Positions 9,712 to 19,982 of a stretch of 64,000 nt of DNA are shown here, in pieces. The position numbers and the translations under genes are program-made. Source of the DNA: Limisphaerales bacterium (GTDB taxonomy: Bacteria > Verrucomicrobiota > Verrucomicrobiia > Limisphaerales > AAA164-E04); assembly GCA_965227305.1 (NCBI GenBank), contig OZ245740.1, positions 10,264,497 through 10,328,496 of the forward strand. Reading direction: 5' to 3'. Under the pieces are notes generated by a model. The model was not told the origin of the DNA. It ran no database searches and saw only the letters and a program-made list of their open reading frames with translations. Every line of letters starts with the position of its first letter. The stretch's first letter is position 1.

Positions 9712-10527
9712 TCACTGGTGAGTTGATGACATCAGGTTCGTGCCCCAAAACGTCAGGATGACGAAGGCGAAGACCAAGAGCGAGCCCAGGGCGAAACGAC
9801 GTCCCTGGAGGTTGGCGCGCAATCGGGCGAGAGCCATGCCCGCGTAAAGCGCCCACACAATCGCGGACCAAATGGTTTTTGCGTCCCATTGGAAAGACGG
9901 TCCGGAATCCGAATAAAGGAGCGGGATCATGCCGAGTCCCGCCGTTAAGAGGCCTATCCCGGTAAAAAGCAGGGCCGCGGTGATGCGGTCCAGACGCTGG
10001 ATCGGGGGGAGGAGGGAGAGGATGGCCCGGAGTTTGTTGAATTTAAGGTCGTGCTCTTGGGTGAGAAACATGGCTCCGGCAGTGGCGCTCAGAGCAAAGG
10101 TTCCGTAAGACAGAAGGATCAGCGTCGCGTGCAGGCTGACCGTTCCGTTGATAAAGGCCGGTTTTTCGGACTGCTGATCCAGGCCGGGCATCAAGGCAAA
10201 GACGCTGGCGGCGAACAAAAGCGGGGACACAAAGGCCCCGAGAAAGCGGAGGCGGGGCCAGAGTCCGATGACGAGATAGCTGCCCGTGATCGTCCACAGC
10301 ACAAATGCCGTGGCCTCGTAGAGATTGGTCACGGGACATTGGTTGAGGGAAAACCCTCGGGAAATCAGCGCCAGGGTGTGCGGGAGGAAGGCAGCAAGGA
10401 GGACAAAGTAATTCACGCGGTTGCCTTGGCGAAAACCACCTCGCCAAAGAAACACGGAATAGAATAGGCACACGCCGTAGAGTATCACTGCGACGCTGAA
10501 CCATTGTCGATCGCTCAACCAGCTCAC
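9712..10527 (-). CDS. ccsA: Cytochrome c biogenesis CcsA/HemX-like membrane protein
   Basis: Multi-TM protein; CPVTNLYEA, LHATLILLSYG, WDAKTIWS; lies upstream of hemA. Confidence 0.8.
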   Translation of the reverse strand: MSWLSDRQWFSVAVILYGVCLFYSVFLWRGGFRQGNRVNYFVLLAAFLPHTLALISRGFSLNQCPVTNLYEATAFVLWTITGSYLVIGLWPRLRFLGAFVSPLLFAASVFALMPGLDQQSEKPAFINGTVSLHATLILLSYGTFALSATAGAMFLTQEHDLKFNKLRAILSLLPPIQRLDRITAALLFTGIGLLTAGLGMIPLLYSDSGPSFQWDAKTIWSAIVWALYAGMALARLRANLQGRRFALGSLLVFAFVILTFWGTNLMSSTHQ

Positions 10528-10585
10528 GTGGGGAGCCTAGGGCGCAGAACGAGGCAGGAAAAGCCACAAATGGGGTGAGGGGGGC

Positions 10586-10956
10586 GGTGTGAGCGTACCC
10601 GCGAGCCGTTGGGCAAGAACCGCTCACCGCATACGCCATCGCCTCAAAGCCGGGTGTGATTCAGTGTGCGGGGCATCGGATCGAAGCGGCAGGCTTCCCT
10701 TTGAAGAGGCTGAAAGAACAGGTCGCTGACGAGGAAAGCGGCAGCTCTGCTCCCGCACTCCATATGAGAGAGCTGAGTTTTCCATTTTGCAGTATTCATT
10801 TAACCTTTTTCATTCTTCCTGCAATAGGCCGCCTCCTTATGCGTGATTACCCGCTTTTTCCGCAACTAATCTCCCCGCACTTTAAATTCCCCCCCCTGGG
10901 GCTTGGGTTGGGGCGGTGGTGTTTGCGGTGAGCGGTTCTTGCCCAACGGCTCGCGG
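10586..10956. repeat. Family A REP inverted pair interrupted by a MITE
   Basis: Left arm CCGCGAGCCGTTGGGCAAGAACCGCTCACCGCA; right arm TGCGGTGAGCGGTTCTTGCCCAACGGCTCGCGG; the MITE lies between them. Confidence 0.8.
10652..10894. mobile_element. MITE-like element (long type), degenerate right end
   Basis: Starts GGGTGTGATTCAGTGTGCGGGGCATCGG and is colinear with the copies at 44425 and 57196. Right end is decayed (TTTAAATTCCCCCC); no target duplication is visible. Confidence 0.8.
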
Positions 10957-11126
10957 ATTTGGTTTTGGGGCGTTCCGTTTCGCTGCTGGGCTACGAGAGA
11001 TCTTTTTTAAGAAGTAAGCTGAAACTGCTCTATCGATTTGCTTTGTTTGTTTCCGGGATGTGAGGTGTGCGAACAAGAATCTTGACGCAGAGGGGTGGGT
11101 GTGAGAGGCAATGGATAGGAGGAGAG

Positions 11127-13478
11127 ATGATTGGGCGAATGATGAGAATAGACTGGAAACCGTTGGTGTGTCTTCTGTGGCTCGGCATTGTAGGCTGGCT
11201 TGGCGGCTTGTTGCCCTGCGAACTGCAGGCTGCTGAAGAACTGGCGACGCTTCGAGGGACCGTTACCGATGTCGCGGGGAATCCACTGGTCTCGGTGCGC
11301 GTCTCGCTGAATACGGCGGCACCGAAAACGGGGCCGCGGTTTCTTTGCCCCTCTTGTTATGCGGATTGCGGTAAGGCGACGCTGACTCAACCCGATGGCA
11401 CCTTTGAGATCAATCAACTCGATCCTAGTCTCCGGTTTGAGGTGCTTTGTGTCGGGGAGGGTTTGGTTGCTCGCTTTGTTCCCAAGGTGGATCCGTCAGC
11501 GGGGCCGATTGAGACTCAGTTAGAAGCGTTGGACTTAACGGGCGTGCCCGACGAATTCCTGATTTCGGGTCGCATTGTGGATTCCTTTGGCGATGGAATT
11601 GCCCATGCGGTGGTGACGGTGAGTGCTCGGACGCGAGGGGATCGGACTTCATGGGGCGGTCTCCAGGGCTTTATGGCAACGCCGGTTGCGGTTTCTGACG
11701 AGGAGGGCCGATTCTTGATGGTGGCCGAGGAACCGTTTGACGTCGTAGAGCTCGCCGTTTCTGCTCGCAACTTTGCTGATCACCATTTCCCGAACGTGCC
11801 GTCGGGAAAGAAGGATCGTCGCTATGCGCTCCCACGGGGAGGAACTCTCTCCGGGCGGGTGATCCATGAGGGGGAACCGGTTGCGGGAATTACTGTGGAA
11901 ATCGCCTCAGACAATCGGACCATGGGAGCGGGGTTCTATCAGACCGCCGTGCCGACGGATGACGAGGGGATCTTTCATTTCTATAATCTACCGCCTAACA
12001 AGAACTATCTCGTAACCGCGTCGATGGAAGCGATTCGTCACCTCGGGATCACCCCAATCGAGCGGGTGAATGCGTTGCAAGACGAACAAGTGGTGTCGCT
12101 CGGCGATCTTGTTGTGGAGCCGGGATTGATACTTTCCGGCGTGGTGGCAACGAGTGACGGCGAGGCCATTCCGGAAGATTCGGTGATCTATCTTTCGCAC
12201 GCTGAGATTTGGAAGGGACAGTCGGTGGTGCTCCCGCCGGACGGGCGCTTCCGGTTCGAGGGCTTGCATCCCGGCGATACCCGGATGTCGTTGACCATGC
12301 CGAACTATCATTTCTCTCCGCGCAATCGCAGTTTCACGGGGCAACGAGGTCGACGGCTCGCGGGCACTTTGACCCACTCGCGGAATGAGGTGGAACTGCT
12401 GGTGGAGCCGGGCCCGTATCAGGGCAATGAACGATTGCCGGATTTTATGGGACAAGAGTTCGTCACGCGGCGGCCGTTTCGAGGGGGTGAACCACTCTCT
12501 CGATCCGAGCAAGCGGCGTCTGTGACGGTCGTCGTTCGAGATGCTCAATCCGGCGATCGAATCTCCGATTACCAGATCACTCCGGGTTGGTTGTTTGAAG
12601 GCGGGCAGCATCCCGTTTGGCATCACTTTCAATCCCGAAGGGTGAATGGGAGTAGCGGGAGTGTTGGATCGATGGTGTTGGCCAAACGGAGTGGTTCCGC
12701 ACACGTGTTGGTTGAAGCCAAGGACTACTTACCCGAGACGGTTGCGGTGGAGGGACAGTTTGGCGAGCGGATCGAGGTGGCGTTGCGGCTGGGACGCGGC
12801 CTCAATGGTGTCGTGCGAAGTCCCGATGGCACGCCTGCGGCGAGTGCGGTGGTTCTGATCACGAAGACCTGGCCGAACAGCGAGCGACCCTACTTGGTGT
12901 TTGTGGAGGAGGGTCAATTTCGGAGTGACACCTTGCAACAGCATGAGCACCAACGAACGGATCGAGAGGGGCACTTTCAATTTTCGCCGCGGGCGGGGAA
13001 TTTCCCAATTCTTGTCGCGCATCCCACCGGTTTTGCCGCTCTCAAGACCCTAGATGCCACTGCGCCGGTGGACCTGGTTTTGGAACCCTGGTCGAGAATT
13101 GATGGCGTCATCGAAGCTCCGTTCGCTCCGGATCTGCGCCTTGGTATCCATCGGATGGCCCCGTTGGCCGCGCCGCCCAAGAACACGTCGCTTTGGCAAC
13201 GGATCGTGCGGAAGGTGGGTTTGGGGCGGTCGCAAGCTCGTTCGAGTTTTTGGGATTTCATCCACGTTGCCCCTAAGATCGAACGGGAAGATGACGGTCC
13301 GTTCCGATTGAGCTTCATTCCGGCGGGACGCTGGTCGGTGAATTTGATGCGATTTGTGCCGAGCGAAGACATCGTGGGCGCCTCGGAGGGACGCACGGTG
13401 CGAAAGAGCGAGGCCGTGGTGAAACCGGGCGAGACGAAATCGGTGTTTCTGAGCGGGAGCGGATCGAATGAGCAGTGA
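11127..13478 (+). CDS. Secreted carboxypeptidase-regulatory-like (repeated beta-sandwich) domain protein
   Basis: AGGAGGA RBS, signal peptide, repeated 'GxVxDxxGxP...V...TDxxGxF' units, CPSCYADC motif. Confidence 0.75.
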   Translation: MIGRMMRIDWKPLVCLLWLGIVGWLGGLLPCELQAAEELATLRGTVTDVAGNPLVSVRVSLNTAAPKTGPRFLCPSCYADCGKATLTQPDGTFEINQLDPSLRFEVLCVGEGLVARFVPKVDPSAGPIETQLEALDLTGVPDEFLISGRIVDSFGDGIAHAVVTVSARTRGDRTSWGGLQGFMATPVAVSDEEGRFLMVAEEPFDVVELAVSARNFADHHFPNVPSGKKDRRYALPRGGTLSGRVIHEGEPVAGITVEIASDNRTMGAGFYQTAVPTDDEGIFHFYNLPPNKNYLVTASMEAIRHLGITPIERVNALQDEQVVSLGDLVVEPGLILSGVVATSDGEAIPEDSVIYLSHAEIWKGQSVVLPPDGRFRFEGLHPGDTRMSLTMPNYHFSPRNRSFTGQRGRRLAGTLTHSRNEVELLVEPGPYQGNERLPDFMGQEFVTRRPFRGGEPLSRSEQAASVTVVVRDAQSGDRISDYQITPGWLFEGGQHPVWHHFQSRRVNGSSGSVGSMVLAKRSGSAHVLVEAKDYLPETVAVEGQFGERIEVALRLGRGLNGVVRSPDGTPAASAVVLITKTWPNSERPYLVFVEEGQFRSDTLQQHEHQRTDREGHFQFSPRAGNFPILVAHPTGFAALKTLDATAPVDLVLEPWSRIDGVIEAPFAPDLRLGIHRMAPLAAPPKNTSLWQRIVRKVGLGRSQARSSFWDFIHVAPKIEREDDGPFRLSFIPAGRWSVNLMRFVPSEDIVGASEGRTVRKSEAVVKPGETKSVFLSGSGSNEQ

Positions 13479-14226
13479 GGCTTATTTGCCAGGTCACAGT
13501 CCGGATGTGACAGACTTCATGGCTCGGCGGAGCTTGGCTACCCATGGGGCGTTCTTCCTGCCTCACTTGGAGCCGGGTGTCTCTGTCTTGGACTGTGGTT
13601 GCGGCCCGGGATCGATTACCTTGGGAATTGCGGCTCGGGTGGCGTCGGGAGAGGTGGTCGGCATTGATCGCGAGGCGTCTCAAATTGAGCGAGCGGAAAC
13701 GCAAGCGGTTCGTGACGGTGTGGACAATGTGGCGTTTCAAACCGCCGATTGTGCGGCTCTGCCGTTTGATGCTTCTCGGTTTGATCGAATCTTCAGTCAT
13801 GCCCTGCTGGAGCATCTTGCGGATCCGGTGAGGGCCTTGCGGGAGTGGCACCGAGTTTTGAAACCGGGTGGTGTGATTGGGCTCTGTTGCCCGGATTGGG
13901 GTGGATTTCTGCTGTCGCCACCGAGTGAGGCCCTTTCGCAAGCCTTGGATCGGTATATGTCACGGCAGAACGAACGGGGCGGCGACGTCCGGGTAGGACG
14001 CAAGCTCGGGGTGCATCTGGCGGCAGCGGGGTTTGAGCGGGTGGAATTATCCGCGCGGTATGAGTGTTATGCATCTCCCGCGCAGATCGGAGAGTATTTG
14101 GCGAGCCAGCTCGAACGTGATGGAGACGTTGCCTCTGCCGGAGTGTTTCGGGAATGGAGCGAGCGGGAGGGAGCTCTTTTCGCACAGGCCTGGGTATCGG
14201 CGGTTGCCTTCAAGGCCACTGAGTAG
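13468..14226 (+). CDS. Class I SAM-dependent methyltransferase (UbiE-like)
   Basis: VLDCGCGPGSIT, LPFDASRFD, RVLKPGG; overlaps the upstream stop by 11 bp. Confidence 0.88.
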   Translation: MSSEAYLPGHSPDVTDFMARRSLATHGAFFLPHLEPGVSVLDCGCGPGSITLGIAARVASGEVVGIDREASQIERAETQAVRDGVDNVAFQTADCAALPFDASRFDRIFSHALLEHLADPVRALREWHRVLKPGGVIGLCCPDWGGFLLSPPSEALSQALDRYMSRQNERGGDVRVGRKLGVHLAAAGFERVELSARYECYASPAQIGEYLASQLERDGDVASAGVFREWSEREGALFAQAWVSAVAFKATE

Positions 14227-14375
14227 CCTTAAATTGAACGCCGAGCGGGCAGAGGGCTAATGGTTTGGGATCGGATCGGACCGAAATTGCCAAAACAAAG
14301 TGGTCAGTCAAATGGACGAGTGGCACACTCCCTAGCATGCGAGAGCAAGAAACGACTAGCGGAGATCGGAAACGT

Positions 14376-14792
14376 ATGGGGATGAATCGGTTCGCATTCG
14401 TGGTGTGCCTGAGTTCGCTCATGGTGTTTGGCGGTTGTGGGCAAGAGGAGATTGGAACCTACCCACCGTCAAGTGGGGACTTTGTAGAGAATTTGGATGG
14501 GCGTGGAACGGCTAAGGTGTGGGGCATTGAATTCGAGGTTCTGAGCGTTGTCGGGAGTCTCACCCGATCCCAATTCGAGGGCGGGTTGCACTCGGATCCG
14601 GAAAAGACGGACGCCCAAATCGACATTAATCTAGGCGATGACGTTGCGGTGCACTTGGAGAAAAGGCCGGGTAGCGGAATTACCTTCCAATTGAACGGGA
14701 AATCGTACGGCAGTCTTGAGGTCGGTGATAAGGTGTTGATCGATTCGGAGAGAGCGGTTCAGGTCAACGACGTTTCAAGGCAGCCAGAGTAG
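14376..14792 (+). CDS. Hypothetical lipoprotein
   Basis: MGMNRFAFVVCLSSLMVFGG-C lipobox-like signal; beta-rich body. Confidence 0.65.
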   Translation: MGMNRFAFVVCLSSLMVFGGCGQEEIGTYPPSSGDFVENLDGRGTAKVWGIEFEVLSVVGSLTRSQFEGGLHSDPEKTDAQIDINLGDDVAVHLEKRPGSGITFQLNGKSYGSLEVGDKVLIDSERAVQVNDVSRQPE

Positions 14793-14917
14793 GCAACGAT
14801 TGGGAAGGACGTTCCGCTTCAGTGGGTTGTGTCCTGGGTCACGCCATTCGTTTAGAAAGTCAGGTTCGTGCGCTTGCAAAATTGGGCGTTTCGGGAGTGA
14901 ATACCCGGAATTATCCT

Positions 14918-17900
14918 ATGAAGAGATCTTGTTCCGTCCTTCTTGCTTTTGGGCTCTTGGCTGCCTCGCCGGGCCTTGCTGATGTCGTTCCGCAGAGTGA
15001 ATACGGATCGGGTTTGTCCGCTTCCCAGGCATTGGAGCGGATGGCCGCTCCCGAGGGTTTTGCGGTCGACCTGATTGTCGCCGAACCTGGCATCGCGCAA
15101 CCCATCGCGATGTGTTTCGATGCCCGTGGGCGAATCTGGGTGTTGGAGGGACATACCTATCCGTTGCGGGCGCCGGAAGGGCAAGGGCGCGATCGGATTG
15201 TGATTCTGGAGGATGCGGATGCAGACGGTTCCTTCGAAAGCAAAACGATCTTTGCGGAAGGCCTCAACCTGGCCAGTGGGATCGAAGTGGGTTTCGGCGG
15301 GGTTTGGGTGGGAGCTGCCCCATATCTCCTGTTTATTCCGGATGCCAACCACGACGATCAACCGGATTCCGAACCCCAAGTGGTTCTGGATGGGTGGGGC
15401 TACGAGGACACCCACGAGACACTGAACAGTTTTACCTGGGGGCCGGACGGGTGGCTTTACGGGTGTCATGGGGTATTCACCCACTCGAAGGTCGGGAAAC
15501 CCGGGACGCCGGAGGAAGATCGCGTTCGATTGAATGGTGCGGTTTGGCGGTTTCATCCCGTCTCACACGCGTTTGAAGTGTTTGCCCACGGAACGAGTAA
15601 TCCTTGGGGCGTGGACTTTAATGAGAAGGGGGATTTTTTCATCAGTGCCTGTGTCATCCCACACTTCTTTCATATCGTGCAGGGCGGTCGATACATCCGA
15701 CAGGCGGGCAATCATTTCAATCCCTACACCTTCGGCGAGATTGATACCATTGCGGATCACAAACACTATGCGGGCTCCATTCGCGATCACGCCTTCTGGG
15801 GCGAAAACAAAACCTTGCGACCAGCGGCTCCGCAGAGCACGTCTGAGCTGGGTGGGGGGCACGCTCACTGTGGACTGGCGATCTACCAAGCCGATGTGTT
15901 CCCGGGACAGTATCGGGGGGAAGCCTTTTTTCACAACCTGCATGGCCACCGGATTCTGCAGGAGCATCTGGAACCGAGTGGGTCCGGCTACATTGCCCAG
16001 CACCGACCAGATTTCATTTTCGCCAACGATCACGACTTTATCGGGGTGACGGTCATGCAAGGGCCGGATGGCGCGCTTTATTATTCGGATTGGGTGGATC
16101 CCCAGACCTGTCATCATCGCGATGATAAGATCTGGGACCGGAGCAATGGGCGCATCTATCGCGTCCGCTACGGCGATGTCCGGGTGCAAAAGATCGACCT
16201 CCGAAGTGATTCCGATGTCGTGTTGATTACCCGTTTGGTGAATGCCAATGCCACCGTGGCGCGACAGGCCCAGCTGGTTCTCCACGAGCGGGCGAACGCC
16301 GGCGAATTGGATCTCGATTTGGCGAACCTCCGGTTTAGTTCGTTGGATCGGACGTTCGCGAACAACCTCAGTGTGCGCCTGAGAATCTTCTGGGCCCGGT
16401 ACGTGACGGGATTGCTTTCCAAGGCGCGCTTGCGGGTGGCTTTGAAGGATCGTTCCGAATATATCCGTGCTTGGGCCGTGCAACTCTCGGAACCGAACGG
16501 GCGGACGCTCCCTCGCTATGCCGAGTTGGCGCGTGAGGATGCCTCACCGGTGGTGCAGCGCTATTTAGCTTCCAAGTTACAGACGCTCCAGCTGGCCAAT
16601 CGTTGGGATATCGCGGCTGGTCTCTTGTCGCACGAAGCCTCGAAAACAGATCACAACATTCCGCTCTTGGTTTGGTATGGCATCGAACCTCTGGTGGAAG
16701 CCGACGCGGACCGTGTGCTGCGCATGGTGCGAGCGAGTGGTTGGGAGAAGCTTTTTCAATTCACCTTACGACGCGCGATCGCGAGTGACGCGGGTCGTTC
16801 GCAGTTGCTGACGGCGCTGGGTGGATCAGACAGCGTGGGAGATTACGAAACCCTGGGGGAGGCCTTGCTGCGAGCCCTAGCCAAGATGCCGCCGGTGGCC
16901 CGACCCGAAGGGTGGGACGCGGCCCGGACACGGGGTGAGGCTTTGGCCCAGGATGATAACGCGGTTCGCACGGTCTTGAATCGACTCGGTGCTCGCTTTG
17001 GAGATGCGAACTACTTCTCGGTTTGGCGCGACTTGGCTAAAGATGGTGGTAGCGATGCCGCCGCCCGGATTGAGGCGCTGGAATTGCTTCGTATTGGAGG
17101 AGATGCTGAGCTCGGGAACATTGCCCGGTCGGTGATGGATCAGCCCGCTCTTCGTTCTGAGGCTATTCGGGCTCTGCGGCTTGATCCCGGGACGGAAACG
17201 GCGAGCGCGCTTGTTCCACGACTCGAGTCGTTCACTCGCGAGCAGCGTAATGAGGCCATTAACCTTCTCGCATCGCGAGCGGATATGGCTTTGGCCTTGT
17301 TGCGGGCGGTCGATTCCAAGGCGGTTTCTTCGTCGTTGATTTCGCCCGTGCTCCTGGATCAGTTCGATGCCTTCCAGGATGATCGTATCGCCGCTTTGAT
17401 CGAAAAAAACTGGGTCCGCGGCGGCGGTGAAGTGAGCTTGGACGAGCTGAAGGACGAGATTCAAAAATGGCAAGGTCGGCTTCGTCCCGCAGTGATCCAA
17501 CGCGCCGATGCCTCCAAGGGCCGGCAAGCCTACCAAATGCTCTGCGGCAACTGTCACCAACTCTTTGGCGAAGGCGTGGCATTGGGCCCGGATCTCACGG
17601 GTTCCAATCGGGCGGATTTGAGCTATTTGCTCGAAAACGTCCTCGCGCCGAGTGCCGTGGTGGGTAAGGACTATACGATTACTGCTTTCACGCTCCGAGA
17701 TGGGAGTATTGTCAGCGGGATGGTCAAAGAAGAAGCGGGTGGTTTTGCAAAAGTGGTTTTGCCGGGAGGAGAGATCGTTGATGTGAAATTGTCCGATGTG
17801 GCTGAGCGTGAGGGGAAAGCGGTTTCGTTGATGCCTTCTGGTTTGTTTGAAGCCATGCCCGAGGAAATGGTCGCCGATTTAGTGAAGTATCTGACAAGTC

Positions 17901-17932
17901 CGACGCAGGTGCCGCTCCCCGATACCAACTGA
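14918..17932 (+). CDS. PVC-type heme-binding CxxCH protein (beta-propeller dehydrogenase-like + HEAT + cytochrome c)
   Basis: PEGFAVDLIVAEP, WGPDGWLYG, SNPWG, CGNCH, GPDLTG, SLMPSGL. Confidence 0.9.
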   Translation: MKRSCSVLLAFGLLAASPGLADVVPQSEYGSGLSASQALERMAAPEGFAVDLIVAEPGIAQPIAMCFDARGRIWVLEGHTYPLRAPEGQGRDRIVILEDADADGSFESKTIFAEGLNLASGIEVGFGGVWVGAAPYLLFIPDANHDDQPDSEPQVVLDGWGYEDTHETLNSFTWGPDGWLYGCHGVFTHSKVGKPGTPEEDRVRLNGAVWRFHPVSHAFEVFAHGTSNPWGVDFNEKGDFFISACVIPHFFHIVQGGRYIRQAGNHFNPYTFGEIDTIADHKHYAGSIRDHAFWGENKTLRPAAPQSTSELGGGHAHCGLAIYQADVFPGQYRGEAFFHNLHGHRILQEHLEPSGSGYIAQHRPDFIFANDHDFIGVTVMQGPDGALYYSDWVDPQTCHHRDDKIWDRSNGRIYRVRYGDVRVQKIDLRSDSDVVLITRLVNANATVARQAQLVLHERANAGELDLDLANLRFSSLDRTFANNLSVRLRIFWARYVTGLLSKARLRVALKDRSEYIRAWAVQLSEPNGRTLPRYAELAREDASPVVQRYLASKLQTLQLANRWDIAAGLLSHEASKTDHNIPLLVWYGIEPLVEADADRVLRMVRASGWEKLFQFTLRRAIASDAGRSQLLTALGGSDSVGDYETLGEALLRALAKMPPVARPEGWDAARTRGEALAQDDNAVRTVLNRLGARFGDANYFSVWRDLAKDGGSDAAARIEALELLRIGGDAELGNIARSVMDQPALRSEAIRALRLDPGTETASALVPRLESFTREQRNEAINLLASRADMALALLRAVDSKAVSSSLISPVLLDQFDAFQDDRIAALIEKNWVRGGGEVSLDELKDEIQKWQGRLRPAVIQRADASKGRQAYQMLCGNCHQLFGEGVALGPDLTGSNRADLSYLLENVLAPSAVVGKDYTITAFTLRDGSIVSGMVKEEAGGFAKVVLPGGEIVDVKLSDVAEREGKAVSLMPSGLFEAMPEEMVADLVKYLTSPTQVPLPDTN

Positions 17933-18020
17933 GGCCAACGTTTTGTTGGACTCATGAATATAATCGCTCCTTCGGACCAGGCGGGCGTCCCCCAAACACG
18001 AGAGCCATCCTGAGGCCGAT

Positions 18021-18145
18021 TCCGGAAGGTGGGGCGAGCGTACTCGCGAGCCGCTGGGCAAAGGACGGGAACGCAAACACCAAAGACTTAGAGGGACGCT
18101 AATCTTGCCCAACGGCTCGCGGGTACGCTCGCCCCACCTTCCGGA
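18021..18145. repeat. REPIN-like element (family A)
   Basis: TCCGGAAGGTGGGGCGAGCGTACTCGCGAGCCG...CGGCTCGCGGGTACGCTCGCCCCACCTTCCGGA. Confidence 0.9.
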
Positions 18146-18277
18146 GGTCTCCGTAGCTTCATCCCTTTCTTGGGCTACGCTTGGAGACGAAAGGGGGGCG
18201 AAGCGTCGTTGTCGTCGGGATCCTCTTGGGCTAAGATCGCAAGCGTGCATCGCTCTAAAATCAACCTGAATCGACGC

Positions 18278-19927
18278 GTGAAACACGTTTGGCCGTCCTG
18301 CTGTTGTGGCGTGATTGCAACGGCGCTGTTATTCCAAAGTGTATCGGTTGAGGGCGCTACTCGTGAGACTCCGGCGGTGACGGTCGAGAACGGCCGGGGC
18401 GTCCTATTGCGTTTAGGAGCACGACTAGGGGAAGGCGTCTCAGCGCAGGTGCTCGCGAGCTATGGCCGCCAGTTCGATTCGGTCGATCTCAACCAAGACG
18501 GCAAGCATTCCCGCACCGAGTTTATCGATCAGGGTCCTTATGCCACTCCGTTCGTTCGCCGCGGGATCTTTCAAGCCGCGGATGCCGATTCCGATGGGTT
18601 CGTGACCCGTGAGGAGTATGTGCGGAACCGTCTCATCACCGACGAAGCAAAGGCGCTGGTTCAGGCCATGGACGAGAACGGGGATGGCGTCGTGCAGCGA
18701 TCTGAGTTTGTGCGGCGAGCATTTGCTCCCGAGGGCAATCGCCCCCTCGCGGAAGCGGTCTTTCACGCGTGGGACCGGAATCGGGATGGAGCGATTATGG
18801 TTCCCGAGTATCTACGGGTTTGGGGCCAATGGGCTCGGCAGGAAGCGGACTCGAAACCGAAGCAAGATTCCCCGCGGTTGCGAGCTCGGGATTTGGGCAT
18901 TCGCATAGGCAACCTGCCGACGGGGCAATGGAATGCCATTACGGATGTGCCAGGGGTGTTGGTGGGCCATACGACGCTTCATGAAGGTAAGAACCTTCAC
19001 ACTGGCGTAACGATCATTCGGCCCCATGGGGGCAACGTTTTTCAGGAAAAGGTGCCGGCTGCCATTGTGGTCGGCAATGGCTTTGGGAAGCTCGCCGGGG
19101 TGACTCAGGTAGCGGAACTGGGGAACATCGAAACGCCGATTGCGCTGACGAGTACTCTGAGTGTCGGGCCGGTGATGAATGCTCTGGTGCGCTACACTTT
19201 GGATCTCCCGGGGAATGAACGGGTTCGATCGGTGAATGCGGTGGTCGGTGAAACCAATGACGGTTACCTGAATGATATTCGCGAGGTTCGAATCTCGAAG
19301 GAGCAAGTGTTCGCGGCGATTCAATCCGCTCAGTCGGGACGGGTCAAAGAAGGTTCGGTGGGGGCGGGTTCGGGGACACGGTGTTTTGGTTTTAAAGGGG
19401 GGATTGGAACGGCCTCCCGGGTGGTCACGACCCGGAGCGGAAAGAGCTTTACGCTGGGAGTATTGGTTCAATCCAACTTTGGCGGCGCCTTATCCATCGA
19501 TGGGAATTCGCTTCGAGAATCTCGCATTGCCGAGAGAGCCGCACGCAAACAGCCCGATGGCAACGGCTCTTGCATGATCATCGTCGCCACGGATGCACCG
19601 CTATCGGTTCGGAGTATCGAGCGAGTCGCCCAACGGGCTCTTCACGGAATGGCGCGGACCGGAGCCTCCATGAGTAACGGCTCCGGAGACTACGTCATCG
19701 GGTTTTCTACGGCGTATCGTGTGCCTGATGATGAAAGGGATCCGATCGCCGTGCCGGCGCTTTTGCCGAATCCCGCATTGAGCCGGTTCTTTGTGGCGGT
19801 GATGGATGCTACGGAGGAAGCGATCTATAACTCGCTGTTTATGGCGACCCGGGTCGAGGGCATGTGGGGAACCGCGGAAGCAATCGATTTGGAATTGGTC
19901 CGATCCGTTTTGGGAAAAGCGCGGTAG
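18278..19927 (+). CDS. EF-hand domain + P1/S58 (DmpA-like) aminopeptidase fusion
   Basis: Four DxN/DxDG EF-hand loops, then RARDLG...NAITDVPGVLVGH, GNGFGKLAG, FKGGIGTASR, GS/CMIIVATDAP and SNGSGD. Start uncertain (GTG 18278). Confidence 0.85.
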   Translation: MKHVWPSCCCGVIATALLFQSVSVEGATRETPAVTVENGRGVLLRLGARLGEGVSAQVLASYGRQFDSVDLNQDGKHSRTEFIDQGPYATPFVRRGIFQAADADSDGFVTREEYVRNRLITDEAKALVQAMDENGDGVVQRSEFVRRAFAPEGNRPLAEAVFHAWDRNRDGAIMVPEYLRVWGQWARQEADSKPKQDSPRLRARDLGIRIGNLPTGQWNAITDVPGVLVGHTTLHEGKNLHTGVTIIRPHGGNVFQEKVPAAIVVGNGFGKLAGVTQVAELGNIETPIALTSTLSVGPVMNALVRYTLDLPGNERVRSVNAVVGETNDGYLNDIREVRISKEQVFAAIQSAQSGRVKEGSVGAGSGTRCFGFKGGIGTASRVVTTRSGKSFTLGVLVQSNFGGALSIDGNSLRESRIAERAARKQPDGNGSCMIIVATDAPLSVRSIERVAQRALHGMARTGASMSNGSGDYVIGFSTAYRVPDDERDPIAVPALLPNPALSRFFVAVMDATEEAIYNSLFMATRVEGMWGTAEAIDLELVRSVLGKAR

Positions 19928-19982
19928 GATTTGGTGTCGCCCCAGTCTTGTTTGATTCCCGAAACCGCGGTAAGGAGACGTC

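Noticed and set aside
14322-14340. TGGCAC possible sigma54 promoter before the lipoprotein
   Set aside because: The GC falls at 11 rather than 10 bp from the GG, so the spacing does not fit.
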